Below the pieces are notes generated by a model. That model searched no databases and was not told where the DNA came from. It saw only the letters and a program-made list of their open reading frames with translations. Source: an uncultured Candidatus Poseidoniales archaeon (GTDB taxonomy: Archaea; Thermoplasmatota; Poseidoniia; Poseidoniales; Thalassarchaeaceae). Taken from it: 64,000 nt of DNA. This document shows positions 26,942 through 35,276 of the stretch, piece after piece. The position numbers and the translations under genes were made by a program. The stretch covers positions 20,595 to 84,594 of the forward strand of contig CAYLUC010000003.1 in assembly GCA_964386765.1 (NCBI GenBank). The letters run 5' to 3'. Every line of letters begins with the position of its first letter. Position 1 is the stretch's first letter.

Positions 26942-27751
26942 ATCTGCATTTAGATCTGGGGCCTCCAATCTTACTGCCTCATCCCTCTTAGCTTTGTGTA
27001 CGGCAGAGAAATACACCACTAGTGGGATTACAAGCATCAATCCAAAGCAACCGACCAATGTTGCCATTCCGTAAACCGACTCTTGAATAGGGTCAATAGA
27101 GAACTCCCCGACAGAGACAAGCTCATGTGTAGTAGCGTTCATGAACAAATCAATACCAGCACTATCCACAGCTTCTTCGCCGTTGTAAACACCAATTCTC
27201 CAAGTTATGATTCGAGACTCGTCATCAACTAGGCCCCGGGCCATCTCTTCGGCTTCAATAATATCATCAGCTTGCAGATACCCCAAACCCTCTATCGGAA
27301 GAGCAATCGACACAATCCCCCTCATTATGGAGACTTCGCCACTAACTTCGAACTCGTGCGTCGTTGAATACTCGCACACCTCAATGTATTCTGAATAGTC
27401 GCCACTAATCTCTTTGCAATTGAATGGGTAGTCGACGTCTTCACCCAAGGATGGTGAGTGATACCATGATGACCCTTCTGATTGAATCACGAGAGTTGAA
27501 CCTACTGGAGCACCCAGTACAGATGTATTGACCCATGATATTGCATCGTTGGTACTGACATACCACTCAGCAACCGTTGCATCATCTTGAGATAGGACTA
27601 GCTCAACATGCTCGTTAGTGGTATTGTATCCATAATATTCCGAATCAACAGTGTTTGAATAGACAGCATAACCAAGTATGATTATCAGAGTCATTCCCAG
27701 GCCAATCATTGTCCTGAGCATGTTCGGATTCTGCGACATCGACTTTCGCAC
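26936..27751 (-). CDS. Membrane-anchored extracytoplasmic protein (N-terminal signal anchor plus C-terminal TM)
   Basis: The N-terminus is hydrophobic (MIGLGMTLIIILGYAVY). The C-terminus reads 'MATLVGCFGLMLVIPLVVYFSAVHKAKRDE'. Confidence 0.45.
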   Translation of the reverse strand: MRKSMSQNPNMLRTMIGLGMTLIIILGYAVYSNTVDSEYYGYNTTNEHVELVLSQDDATVAEWYVSTNDAISWVNTSVLGAPVGSTLVIQSEGSSWYHSPSLGEDVDYPFNCKEISGDYSEYIEVCEYSTTHEFEVSGEVSIMRGIVSIALPIEGLGYLQADDIIEAEEMARGLVDDESRIITWRIGVYNGEEAVDSAGIDLFMNATTHELVSVGEFSIDPIQESVYGMATLVGCFGLMLVIPLVVYFSAVHKAKRDEAVRLEAPDLNADS

Positions 27752-27842
27752 GGGTCAACGAAACGACGTGTAGATTTGAATCCTTGTCGTCGCAATTCCC
27801 ACCCACGGCATCCAAGCAGTAGCTCAAAGCCCGTCATCACGA

Positions 27843-27849
27843 TTAAATA
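27843..27849 (+). promoter_or_regulatory. Candidate TATA box (TTAAATA) for the S19e-L39e-L31e-S17e operon
   Basis: It lies about 35-40 nt upstream of the S19e ATG. Confidence 0.3.
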
Positions 27850-27883
27850 GGGACTCTAAGACGGGCGGCCGCTTGGTGAGCCT

Positions 27884-28384
27884 ATGACTACGTTCCACGA
27901 TGTCCCAGCCGACCTCGTCATTGACGAATTGTCGAGGAGACTCGCATCTGTTGAAGAGGTCGAGGCTCCTGAGTGGGCGAGCATAGTTAAGACGGGTACT
28001 CACAGAGAAAGGCCCCCCATCCAGGATGACTGGTGGCTCATTAGATCAGCCGCTGTACTACGTAAGGTAGGCAAGATGGGACCCATTGGCGCTAACCATA
28101 TGGCACAGCAGTTCGGCGGACCAAAGGACAGGGGCGTCAAGTCGAACCGCGCTGTCGCAGGCTCAAGGAATATAGCTAGAAACATCCTCCAGCAATTATC
28201 ATCTGCAGGCCTGGTGGTCAGTAAGGAGGAAACCAAGACTATCAACAAAGAGGGCAAAAGTGTTCTCATCACAATTAACCACGGCAAGGTACTCTCACCT
28301 GCGGGCCAAGCACTCCTCGACGATGTTGCGAACTCAGTTCTAGATGCTGCAATTGAGAGGCACCCGGGATTATCAGATTATTGA
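27884..28384 (+). CDS. rps19e: Ribosomal protein S19e (eS19)
   Basis: 'DVPADLVIDELSRRL..VE.PEWASIVKTG..RERPP...DWWLIRSAAVLRKV' is the canonical eS19 N-terminus. Confidence 0.9.
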   Translation: MTTFHDVPADLVIDELSRRLASVEEVEAPEWASIVKTGTHRERPPIQDDWWLIRSAAVLRKVGKMGPIGANHMAQQFGGPKDRGVKSNRAVAGSRNIARNILQQLSSAGLVVSKEETKTINKEGKSVLITINHGKVLSPAGQALLDDVANSVLDAAIERHPGLSDY

Positions 28385-28393
28385 GGCGATTTC

Positions 28394-28549
28394 ATGGCAA
28401 GGCACAAACCCTACGCTAAGAAGAGGCGCCTGATGAAGGTGACTAAGCAGAACCGTAGGGTCCCTGTATGGGTCATGCTGAGGACCAACAGGAAGGTCAA
28501 CACGCACCCCAAGAGGCATATGTGGCGCAGGAGCAAGCTACAGAGGTGA
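28394..28549 (+). CDS. rpl39e: Ribosomal protein L39e (eL39)
   Basis: The 51-aa translation is [51 protein letters not shown]. It is absent from the ORF track because it is under 60 aa. It is preceded by GAGGCGATTTC. Confidence 0.9.
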   Translation: MARHKPYAKKRRLMKVTKQNRRVPVWVMLRTNRKVNTHPKRHMWRRSKLQR

Positions 28550-28553
28550 TTTC

Positions 28554-28817
28554 ATGGCAGAGGTGAAAGAGATGACAATCCCACTCAGGGCTGCTTGGTC
28601 TGTCCCTAGAACCCGTAGGGCTAACAGAGCCATTTCAGAGATCCGGAAGCACGTGGCCCGTCACATGAAGATGACTGAGGACGAAGACATCTGGATCGAC
28701 GAGGCTGTAAACCATTACATCTGGTCTAGAGGCATGCAGAAGCCCCCGAGGAAGGTCAGGGTTGTCTGCACCCGTGAGGAGGGCTTCCCACTGGAAGTCA
28801 AGCTACTGGAGGAATAA
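28554..28817 (+). CDS. rpl31e: Ribosomal protein L31e (eL31)
   Basis: '[21 protein letters not shown]...[12 protein letters not shown]' is the eL31 family pattern. Confidence 0.9.
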   Translation: MAEVKEMTIPLRAAWSVPRTRRANRAISEIRKHVARHMKMTEDEDIWIDEAVNHYIWSRGMQKPPRKVRVVCTREEGFPLEVKLLEE

Positions 28818-28819
28818 GA

Positions 28820-29014
28820 ATGGGCAACATCCGACCGTCATTTGTCAAGATTAGGGCCTTGAGGCTCATAGAGGAATACCCCGACCAGTTCACAGATGAC
28901 TTCGACAACAACAAGCATCTAGTAAGCGAATACACTGATGTTGAGGGTAACAAGAGGATGAGGAACTGGATTGCCGGTTACATCACTCGGTACAAGCAAA
29001 GGCGTGTGGACTAG
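28820..29014 (+). CDS. rps17e: Ribosomal protein S17e (eS17)
   Basis: '[38 protein letters not shown]...[10 protein letters not shown]' aligns with eS17 (MGRVRTKTVKKAA..IEKY...DF..NK.......RNKIAGY.T). Confidence 0.85.
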   Translation: MGNIRPSFVKIRALRLIEEYPDQFTDDFDNNKHLVSEYTDVEGNKRMRNWIAGYITRYKQRRVD

Positions 29015-29050
29015 CGCATCACTCATCAGTGAATAGCCCCCCAGCGTATC

Positions 29051-29809
29051 ATGGGCGGTAGACTAGGCATAGAACCACCGCCTAGTTCGCAGGACATCTG
29101 CATCGTCCTGGTCAATCCTAAGTACGATGGAAATATTGGTGCTGTGGCTAGATCTATGTTGAATTTCGGAATTAATGACTTGAGGGTTGTTGGCCGGGAC
29201 GACCATTGGAGTGATGAGACGAGGAACAGGGCTAAGCACGCCCAGACTATACTGGATTCATGTACAAACTACGAAACCCTTGCAGATGCGACATCCGACT
29301 GTTCTGTCGTTGCTGGGACTTCTGGGAAGAGGGAGATAGGCGACAAGATTTCATTTAGGCACTTCATACTTCCAGAAGAGCTACCTCGTAGGTTAGATGG
29401 CGTCTCAGGAAAGGTAGCGTTCATCTTCGGTCCGGAGGACATCGGGTTGACCAATGACCAGTTACACGAGTGCGATATTCTCGTGACCATCCCATCATGG
29501 GAGGGATATCCAATCTTGAACCTGAGCCACGCAGTGTCGATCGTCTGCTACGTCTGGTTCGTGACATCTGCAAAACATGAATTCAGGGAATCTGAAGGAA
29601 TGAGACTGTTAGATCCACAACTCAGGGACAGGCTTAGATCCGAGATAAACAGGCTCTCCGACTCAATACCGACCAAGGAGCACAAGAGGGAGGGGATAGA
29701 GGAGACGCTACTAAGGGTGGTTATGAGGGGCCTTCCTAAGGATGACGAGATTCACAGAATACTCTCAGTCATTTCCGAGGCAGCAGATGCTTTTGAATCG
29801 ACCAAATGA
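29051..29809 (+). CDS. SpoU/TrmH-class RNA 2'-O-methyltransferase (TrmJ-like, SPOUT)
   Basis: 'CIVLVNPKYDGNIGAVARSMLNFGINDLRVV' and 'FIFGPEDIGLTND' match the SPOUT knot region. A C-terminal extension is present as in TrmJ. Confidence 0.75.
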   Translation: MGGRLGIEPPPSSQDICIVLVNPKYDGNIGAVARSMLNFGINDLRVVGRDDHWSDETRNRAKHAQTILDSCTNYETLADATSDCSVVAGTSGKREIGDKISFRHFILPEELPRRLDGVSGKVAFIFGPEDIGLTNDQLHECDILVTIPSWEGYPILNLSHAVSIVCYVWFVTSAKHEFRESEGMRLLDPQLRDRLRSEINRLSDSIPTKEHKREGIEETLLRVVMRGLPKDDEIHRILSVISEAADAFESTK

Positions 29810-29819
29810 AGTGTTGTTT

Positions 29820-30050
29820 TCAGAACAAGAAAGGTGCTACGACTAGAAATGCTCCGAACAAGCATCCAAATATTACATGCAACATAAATATCGACTCATT
29901 CTCTTCTCTTGGGCCCCAAGCAAATGTCTTACTTGTCAAGCCTATAGGTCCACGAAGCCACACTTTCTGATTGAGCAAGCAATATGCTACGTACAATAGA
30001 ATTGCCGTGCCAATGGCAATTCGGATGGTGTCGAGGGTTGTTAGATCCAT
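29820..30050 (-). CDS. Small hypothetical membrane protein (two TM helices)
   Basis: Only the C-terminal 76 aa (MDLTTLDTIRIAIGTAILLYVAYCLL...) look protein-like. The upstream part of the ORF is low complexity. Confidence 0.3.
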   Translation of the reverse strand: MDLTTLDTIRIAIGTAILLYVAYCLLNQKVWLRGPIGLTSKTFAWGPREENESIFMLHVIFGCLFGAFLVVAPFLF

Positions 30051-30138
30051 GTATATGGCAATGAGGTGGGAATATTTGATGATTCGGATGACAATAATGC
30101 CGGAATGCACACATTCGGTTACCGGATAGAATATCCGC

Positions 30139-30822
30139 ATGTGTAATATGGAACCCCTCGCTTCCGATTGCATGGGAGACGTGCATAGACTCACCGAAGA
30201 AGCAGAGAATGAATGGCTGGAGATATGGGTGGCCGGACCAGGGGATAACCGGTCAAAACCACTAGATCCGGGCACAATCGCCCCCGATCTCGAATTGCTC
30301 GATCATACTGGCTCTCCGCGCCTACTGTCTTCGTTCTGGTCAGATGGCCCGGCACTGTTGATGTTCTGGCGTCACTTCGGTTGCGGCTGTGGCCTCGATA
30401 GGGCATCAAGACTCAGTGAGGAGTACGCCGACTATCTAGCCGCCGGGATTAATCTAGTCATAATCGGCCAGGGTGAGCCTGAGCGGGCTGCTGAATATCG
30501 CGAAAGGTACGACATTTCCTGCCCTATTCTCTGTGATCCTGAGTACGCAGCCTACACCGCCTACGGACTCGCAGACTTCGGTATTGAACAGGTCCTCTAT
30601 GACGCCCCCGAGGAAACATGGTGTCACTCGATGGAGATTGGGCTTGATTTCCAAGAGGCGAGACGTGCCATCAATCGACCCCTCGTCGACAATCCGTGGA
30701 TGTCCCCCGGGGAGTTCCTCGTAGGCCCCTCAGGAACAATTCGCACCACCTATGCCTACCAATACTGCTCAGACTATCCAGATGCGAGGGTATTCACCAC
30801 AGCAGCCAAGGTGTACACATAG
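30139..30822 (+). CDS. Thioredoxin-fold AhpC/TSA-like (peroxiredoxin-like) protein
   Basis: 'GTIAPDLELLDHTGSPRLLSSFWSDGPALLMFWRHFGCGCG' has the redoxin N-terminal topology. The Cys motif CGC is atypical. Confidence 0.5.
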   Translation: MCNMEPLASDCMGDVHRLTEEAENEWLEIWVAGPGDNRSKPLDPGTIAPDLELLDHTGSPRLLSSFWSDGPALLMFWRHFGCGCGLDRASRLSEEYADYLAAGINLVIIGQGEPERAAEYRERYDISCPILCDPEYAAYTAYGLADFGIEQVLYDAPEETWCHSMEIGLDFQEARRAINRPLVDNPWMSPGEFLVGPSGTIRTTYAYQYCSDYPDARVFTTAAKVYT

Positions 30823-30913
30823 GAATATATTTCACCATTAATTCGCATTCCGGGAATCAGTGTGTTATCCGAGGCATACGTATTATCAAGAGCCCCCAGT
30901 TGTAGGGCGTAAC

Positions 30914-31300
30914 ATGGAGTTGGAGCATACACTAGCAATGCAGATTGTGGGGACCATCTTGGTCATTGTTGCAATATTGAAGAATAGGGATCCAATTGGA
31001 ATGAACAAAAGCATATTTGGAGATGTTGAGGGAGTTGAAGGAGGGCCTGCTGCTTCAATGAGGATGCTTATCGGAGGCGGGTTCGCAGGAATAGGGGCAA
31101 TCAACCTGTACTGCAGCTTCAATGTAGATGATGCTGTCGCAGGTGAAGCAATTCTTCTCGGTACTGCAATAGGACTAGCAATGGTATTTGGGACGATTGT
31201 CTGGGCCAGGTTCAGAGGATATTTGGAGCACATCCCAACTCCTCCAATGGTAATTTTCCCAACTCTCATAGTAATATGCCTGTACTCAGCGATGATTTAG
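30914..31300 (+). CDS. Small hypothetical membrane protein (4 TM)
   Basis: The ORF is hydrophobic. No motif was found. Confidence 0.35.
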   Translation: MELEHTLAMQIVGTILVIVAILKNRDPIGMNKSIFGDVEGVEGGPAASMRMLIGGGFAGIGAINLYCSFNVDDAVAGEAILLGTAIGLAMVFGTIVWARFRGYLEHIPTPPMVIFPTLIVICLYSAMI

Positions 31301-31343
31301 CCATACTCAATGACATCATAGAGGTCCCTGCCCTTCGCGTTAC

Positions 31344-31955
31344 ATGCAGACAGGTAGGCCCGAATGGTGGGACGATGCCGTCGCGCATCTCTCGTCGGAT
31401 CCACTTCTCGGACAAATCGTCGAGCTGTATGGGAAGGATGGGTTATCTGGTCGCGGCGAAATCTTCCAGACACTGGTCCGAAGCATAGTAGGGCAACAGA
31501 TTTCTGTAAAAGCTGCAGATACTATTCACAGTCGATTAGAGGAATTGTGCGGTGGAATCAACAGGAAGTCGATTGCCTCTTGTACGCTTGATGAATTGGC
31601 ATCTTGTGGCTTATCACAGAATAAGAGCCTATACATTCACGGAATCGCAACGAGCGCCACTCCTCTTCTCCCTGAAGGGTATGGGAAAATGAATGATGAT
31701 TCGATCCTCGACCATCTTGTGCAGTTCAAGGGAGTTGGGCCTTGGACTGCCGAGATGATGCTCATATTCTCACTAATGCGCCCAGATGTTCTGAGCCTAG
31801 GGGATCTCGGTATTGTGAAGGGGATACAAGGACTAGTTCCCGAGGCTCGGACCAAGAAGGAAATGAGGGCTGTGGCAGAATCCTGGCGACCATATCGCAG
31901 TGCTGCATGTTGGTTTATTTGGAGGTCACTAGACCCGGTTCCTGTGGAGTATTAA
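31344..31955 (+). CDS. HhH-GPD superfamily DNA glycosylase (AlkA/3-methyladenine glycosylase II-like)
   Basis: 'LVRSIVGQQISVKAADTIHSRLEEL', 'FKGVGPWTAEMMLIFSLMRPDVLSLGDLGI' and the catalytic Asp context are present. Confidence 0.7.
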   Translation: MQTGRPEWWDDAVAHLSSDPLLGQIVELYGKDGLSGRGEIFQTLVRSIVGQQISVKAADTIHSRLEELCGGINRKSIASCTLDELASCGLSQNKSLYIHGIATSATPLLPEGYGKMNDDSILDHLVQFKGVGPWTAEMMLIFSLMRPDVLSLGDLGIVKGIQGLVPEARTKKEMRAVAESWRPYRSAACWFIWRSLDPVPVEY

Positions 31956-31967
31956 TGACGTCTATTT

Positions 31968-32435
31968 CTATCTTGGAGTAGATTTCTCACCATACCAACT
32001 CGCCAATGACTTCGGCGTCTCCCTAACGTGGAAGGCGTACAATCTCAGGTCATTGCCATAAGTCGAAAATATATGTTCATCGACTACCTCAAATGCCCAT
32101 CTGGCCAAATTCTCAGCCGTGGGAATAAATGGGACAACAAGAGTCCTGTGATTGTCATGCATATGGGAAAGGGCTGCAATGGCAGTCTCATCGCCCTCGT
32201 ATACTACGAAAGCGTGGTCAACAACATCATGAATGTGCCTTTTGAGTATTTGTGAAACGTCGGAGAAGTCCATCAGCATCCCCTCTTCTGATGACCCTTC
32301 CACAGATACAACATCACCCTCTAGTTCCGCTTCCCACCTGTATCTATGACCATGCATGTTACTGCACTGGCTCTTGTGGTTGGGCACTCTATGTCCGGTG
32401 TCTGTCTCTATCCATCTTCTGATTCTAGTTGTCAT
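31968..32435 (-). CDS. queD: 6-carboxy-5,6,7,8-tetrahydropterin synthase QueD
   Basis: 'CSNMHGHRYRWEAELEGDV' (Cx5HGH) and 'GMLMDFSDV' match PTPS/QueD. The start is taken at the internal Met (MTTRIRR) to minimise overlap with the upstream gene. Confidence 0.75.
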   Translation of the reverse strand: MTTRIRRWIETDTGHRVPNHKSQCSNMHGHRYRWEAELEGDVVSVEGSSEEGMLMDFSDVSQILKRHIHDVVDHAFVVYEGDETAIAALSHMHDNHRTLVVPFIPTAENLARWAFEVVDEHIFSTYGNDLRLYAFHVRETPKSLASWYGEKSTPR

Positions 32436-33543
32436 GCAAATCCCCCTCAAACTCCAGGCAAACTGAATTGATGCAGTATCTGGGCCCCCTGCTCTCATGG
32501 AATAGGTGGCCGAGGTGTGAGTCGCATCCACTGCACCTAACCTCAATTCTATTCATGCCATGCGAACTGTCCTGCAGTTGTGTGATTTCAGCCCCATTGG
32601 CCTCTTTAGAAAATGCAGGCCAACCGCACCCGGAGTCGAACTTGGCTTCTGATGTGAATAGCTTCTTTCCACAATCGGCGCAAAAATAGTTGCCAGCTTC
32701 GAAGTTTTTGTCATACTCCCCTGAGAAAGGCTGTTCAGTACCGTTTTCTTTCATGACATGAAACCTCAATTGGGCCATTAGTGCACCCCTTAGAACGATA
32801 TCCCATGGGTCGACGTACTGAATTGGATCCTGTCTTCCAATCGCGTGGAATGCCAGTATCCTTTCGACGTCAGCACCACTCGTTCCAGATGCCCTCCCAT
32901 CTGGGTCTGGGTTGTATGACGTGTTCGTGTTAGTAAAAACGGTGTCGAAGTCCAATCCTAGGACATCGCAGGACCTCAATGAGTCCTTGAGAATGGCCTC
33001 CTTGTTTGCGTCAATGTATGGAAGTTTCATAGTGACCCTCTCGGAATCCCAGTTTCCCAACGCAAAAGATTCCGCGAGTGATTCGTAGAACTCGGGTCTG
33101 CAATCTGGATATATGGCATGATCACCGGAATGTACACCCAGGCAAACTTCTACATCGGTATCCTCCCTAATCGAGACGCTAAGTGCGTATCCATACAGAA
33201 TTGATGTGAATATGGCGTTCCTATTCGGCACAACCGTGTCCTTCATCTGCTCCTCCTCGTAGTGCCCCTCAGGAATTTGAAACTCTTCGGTGGTTAGAGC
33301 GGAGTGGAATACACCCATTGCAGATACCAGATCTACGACTCTGTGTTCTACGGATATTCCACGCGATGAAAGATATGCGATGTTGTTTTCCGCCCTATCA
33401 ATCTCCACGCGATGCTTCTGTCCGTAGTCATAGGAGATGCAACTTACCGTGTATCCCTCCGAAAGAAGGTGTAGCAGTAGGCCTGTGCTATCCATACCGC
33501 CCGAGAGTGCCATAACAGCCCTGATTATTGCACCCCCATCCAT
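32425..33543 (-). CDS. queC: 7-cyano-7-deazaguanine synthase QueC fused in-frame to a methionine-R-sulfoxide reductase MsrB domain
   Basis: The N-terminus 'ALSGGMDSTGLL...YDYGQKHRVEID...VPNRN...YPDCRPEF' is QueC (PP-loop), but the C-terminal Zn-binding Cys are replaced by Ser/Thr. The C-terminal 130 aa 'CADCGKKLF...DSGCGWPAF...CSGCDSHLGHLF...RYCINS' form a complete MsrB domain. Confidence 0.8.
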   Translation of the reverse strand: MDGGAIIRAVMALSGGMDSTGLLLHLLSEGYTVSCISYDYGQKHRVEIDRAENNIAYLSSRGISVEHRVVDLVSAMGVFHSALTTEEFQIPEGHYEEEQMKDTVVPNRNAIFTSILYGYALSVSIREDTDVEVCLGVHSGDHAIYPDCRPEFYESLAESFALGNWDSERVTMKLPYIDANKEAILKDSLRSCDVLGLDFDTVFTNTNTSYNPDPDGRASGTSGADVERILAFHAIGRQDPIQYVDPWDIVLRGALMAQLRFHVMKENGTEQPFSGEYDKNFEAGNYFCADCGKKLFTSEAKFDSGCGWPAFSKEANGAEITQLQDSSHGMNRIEVRCSGCDSHLGHLFHESRGPRYCINSVCLEFEGDLHDN

Positions 33544-34121
33544 TTGTGGGTCTGTAGACTAAGTCTCCACCCCGGGTTTGACTTCACTATTCCCTCTACT
33601 GTCTTGAAGTTGGTTCCGTTATCCTCCACGCTCTCATTTTCCATGTAACATGGTTGGAGGAAGTGGTGTATGAAACCCTTCTTTAGCTCGTCATACATTT
33701 CAAGATCTTGGCCACAGTATACCACCTTCAATTCATCACCAGTTACCTGCTTGATCGATACATTGGGGTACAGCTGGTCCTTTGGGCTGACACAAATCCA
33801 ATCAATAACTGAATCCACTGGGATGGTCCCGTTCGTCTCTATTGAAAGCACGAAATCATGTTCCTTCAGCCTCAAACCGATGGTTTGGAGATCTTGCATT
33901 GCTGGCTCACCTCCAGTGAAAATTACCCTTTTGCAGTCATAGGAAAGGACCTCTTCAATAATCTCATCAAGACCCATCTCGTCAAACTTCAGAAAATCTG
34001 TGTCGCACCAATCGCATCGGAGATTGCAATTTCCAAACCTGATGAAGACATGGGGAATCCCGACATGGAATCCCTCTCCCTGAGTCGAGTGGAAAATCTC
34101 GACAATGGGGTATGTCTGCAA
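33525..34121 (-). CDS. queE: 7-carboxy-7-deazaguanine synthase QueE (radical SAM)
   Basis: 'IVEIFHSTQGEGFHVGIPHVFIRFGNCNLRCDWCDT' is the QueE signature. Confidence 0.85.
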   Translation of the reverse strand: MQTYPIVEIFHSTQGEGFHVGIPHVFIRFGNCNLRCDWCDTDFLKFDEMGLDEIIEEVLSYDCKRVIFTGGEPAMQDLQTIGLRLKEHDFVLSIETNGTIPVDSVIDWICVSPKDQLYPNVSIKQVTGDELKVVYCGQDLEMYDELKKGFIHHFLQPCYMENESVEDNGTNFKTVEGIVKSNPGWRLSLQTHKWMGVQ

Positions 34122-34125
34122 TATC

Positions 34126-34707
34126 TCACCCCTGCATCGGTTGGCTATGAATCAGTTGAAGCAACTCTGCCCTGGCTTCCGCCTTCTCGAAGAATACCCC
34201 CCTCATGGCACTCGTGGTCATCACGGCATTCTGTTTCTTAACGCCTCGACACCTCATACAACCATGCTGAGCCTCAAGAATCACTGCGCACCCCAGTGGG
34301 CTCAAGTGCGTTTCAATATCATCCGCTATTGATTTGGTAATCCTCTCTTGGTTCTGCAGCCTCATCGCATGCGAATCCATCAGTCTTGCTAGCTTGCTAA
34401 TTCCAACGATCTTGTCAACAGGGATGTAGGCAATGTGCCCACGACCACTGAATGGCTGTAGGTGATGTTCACAGGTACTATGGAACTCCATGTCCCTGAG
34501 GAGGACGATTCCATCATACCCCTCCGCATTGAATGTGGAGTCTAGTATTTCCTCCGAATCTAGTTGGTACCCAGAGAAAATCTCGTCAAACGACCTCACT
34601 ACTCTTCTGGGTGTTTCAGATAGACCCTCTCTCAGCCCGCCCTGGCTGTCTTCTATGTATCTGACCAGTGTTTCAACAGCATGAATGGCATCATTCTTGC
34701 TTACCAT
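34126..34707 (-). CDS. folE: GTP cyclohydrolase I (FolE type)
   Basis: 'CEHHLQPFSGRGHIAYIPVDKIVGISKLARLM' is the GCH-I active-site region. Confidence 0.85.
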   Translation of the reverse strand: MVSKNDAIHAVETLVRYIEDSQGGLREGLSETPRRVVRSFDEIFSGYQLDSEEILDSTFNAEGYDGIVLLRDMEFHSTCEHHLQPFSGRGHIAYIPVDKIVGISKLARLMDSHAMRLQNQERITKSIADDIETHLSPLGCAVILEAQHGCMRCRGVKKQNAVMTTSAMRGVFFEKAEARAELLQLIHSQPMQG

Positions 34708-34878
34708 TTATTCACCCGACCTTCCCCTTCTGGCGTCAATTTCGTCCAGTTGGTCTAGCAACTTCCTGCATGCAGTTCTTATTGCATCGGCCACACTAAC
34801 AAATTTCCTATTGTCACCTACGTGTTCCTTGAGATCGTCAAGAATCTCATTTGGCATGTCTAGACTTACTTTGGGCAT
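34708..34878 (-). CDS. Ribbon-helix-helix (CopG/NikR-N-like) transcriptional regulator, 56 aa
   Basis: The translation is MPKVSLDMPNEILDDLKEHVGDNRKFVSVADAIRTACRKLLDQLDEIDARRGRSGE, with a beta-strand-helix-helix pattern. It is the first gene of the folE-queE-queC-queD operon and is not in the ORF track because it is under 60 aa. Confidence 0.6.
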   Translation of the reverse strand: MPKVSLDMPNEILDDLKEHVGDNRKFVSVADAIRTACRKLLDQLDEIDARRGRSGE

Positions 34879-34900
34879 GTTTGCGGCGCATAGATTGCTA

Positions 34901-34936
34901 CTATAAGTATTACTAGAGTAATACTAGAATAATACT
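34901..34936 (-). promoter_or_regulatory. Promoter/operator: TATA-like (TTATAG) plus perfect inverted repeat AGTATTACT-AG-AGTAATACT and a third half-site AATAATACT
   Basis: The inverted repeat spans 34906-34925 with 9-bp arms and a 2-nt spacer. It lies about 25-50 nt upstream of the RHH gene ATG. A TATA-like element sits about 23 nt upstream of the ATG, which may indicate a leaderless transcript. Confidence 0.45.
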
Positions 34937-35276
34937 ATCTATGACTCTCAATCTTTGCATCAAGGTCGGGAAATCTATTCTTTAGAGCCTCGGCCTTACT
35001 AATCATGGATGTGATTTGCGCTGAAACCTCCCCCTCTTCAGCGCCATTAAGAATCATACTGGAAAGAATACTGAGCCCCCCCTGAATCATTCCCGCCTCG
35101 AGAAAGGCATCATTAGAAATTTCCTCTGAGTCCCTTAGTAGAGAAAGGGCATCAGAAAGGAAACTGACCTCATCCGAAACCTGCACAGATGTGAGTTTAC
35201 CGCCTTCTGTCAAGCCCTTGATTGAGGTAATCACGAAGCGGCGACCGACCCCCCCCTTTTGATGGTTGTCAATCAT
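34935..35276 (-). CDS. Hypothetical protein (113 aa)
   Basis: The ORF lies between the que promoter and the methylmalonyl-CoA epimerase. No motif was found, and there is no DxHxxG B12 motif. Confidence 0.4.
   Translation of the reverse strand: MIDNHQKGGVGRRFVITSIKGLTEGGKLTSVQVSDEVSFLSDALSLLRDSEEISNDAFLEAGMIQGGLSILSSMILNGAEEGEVSAQITSMISKAEALKNRFPDLDAKIESHR

Noticed and set aside
34935-35276. 113-aa ORF considered as the B12-binding small subunit of methylmalonyl-CoA mutase
   Set aside because: It lacks the DxHxxG cobalamin-binding motif and Rossmann-like pattern. It is kept only as a hypothetical protein.
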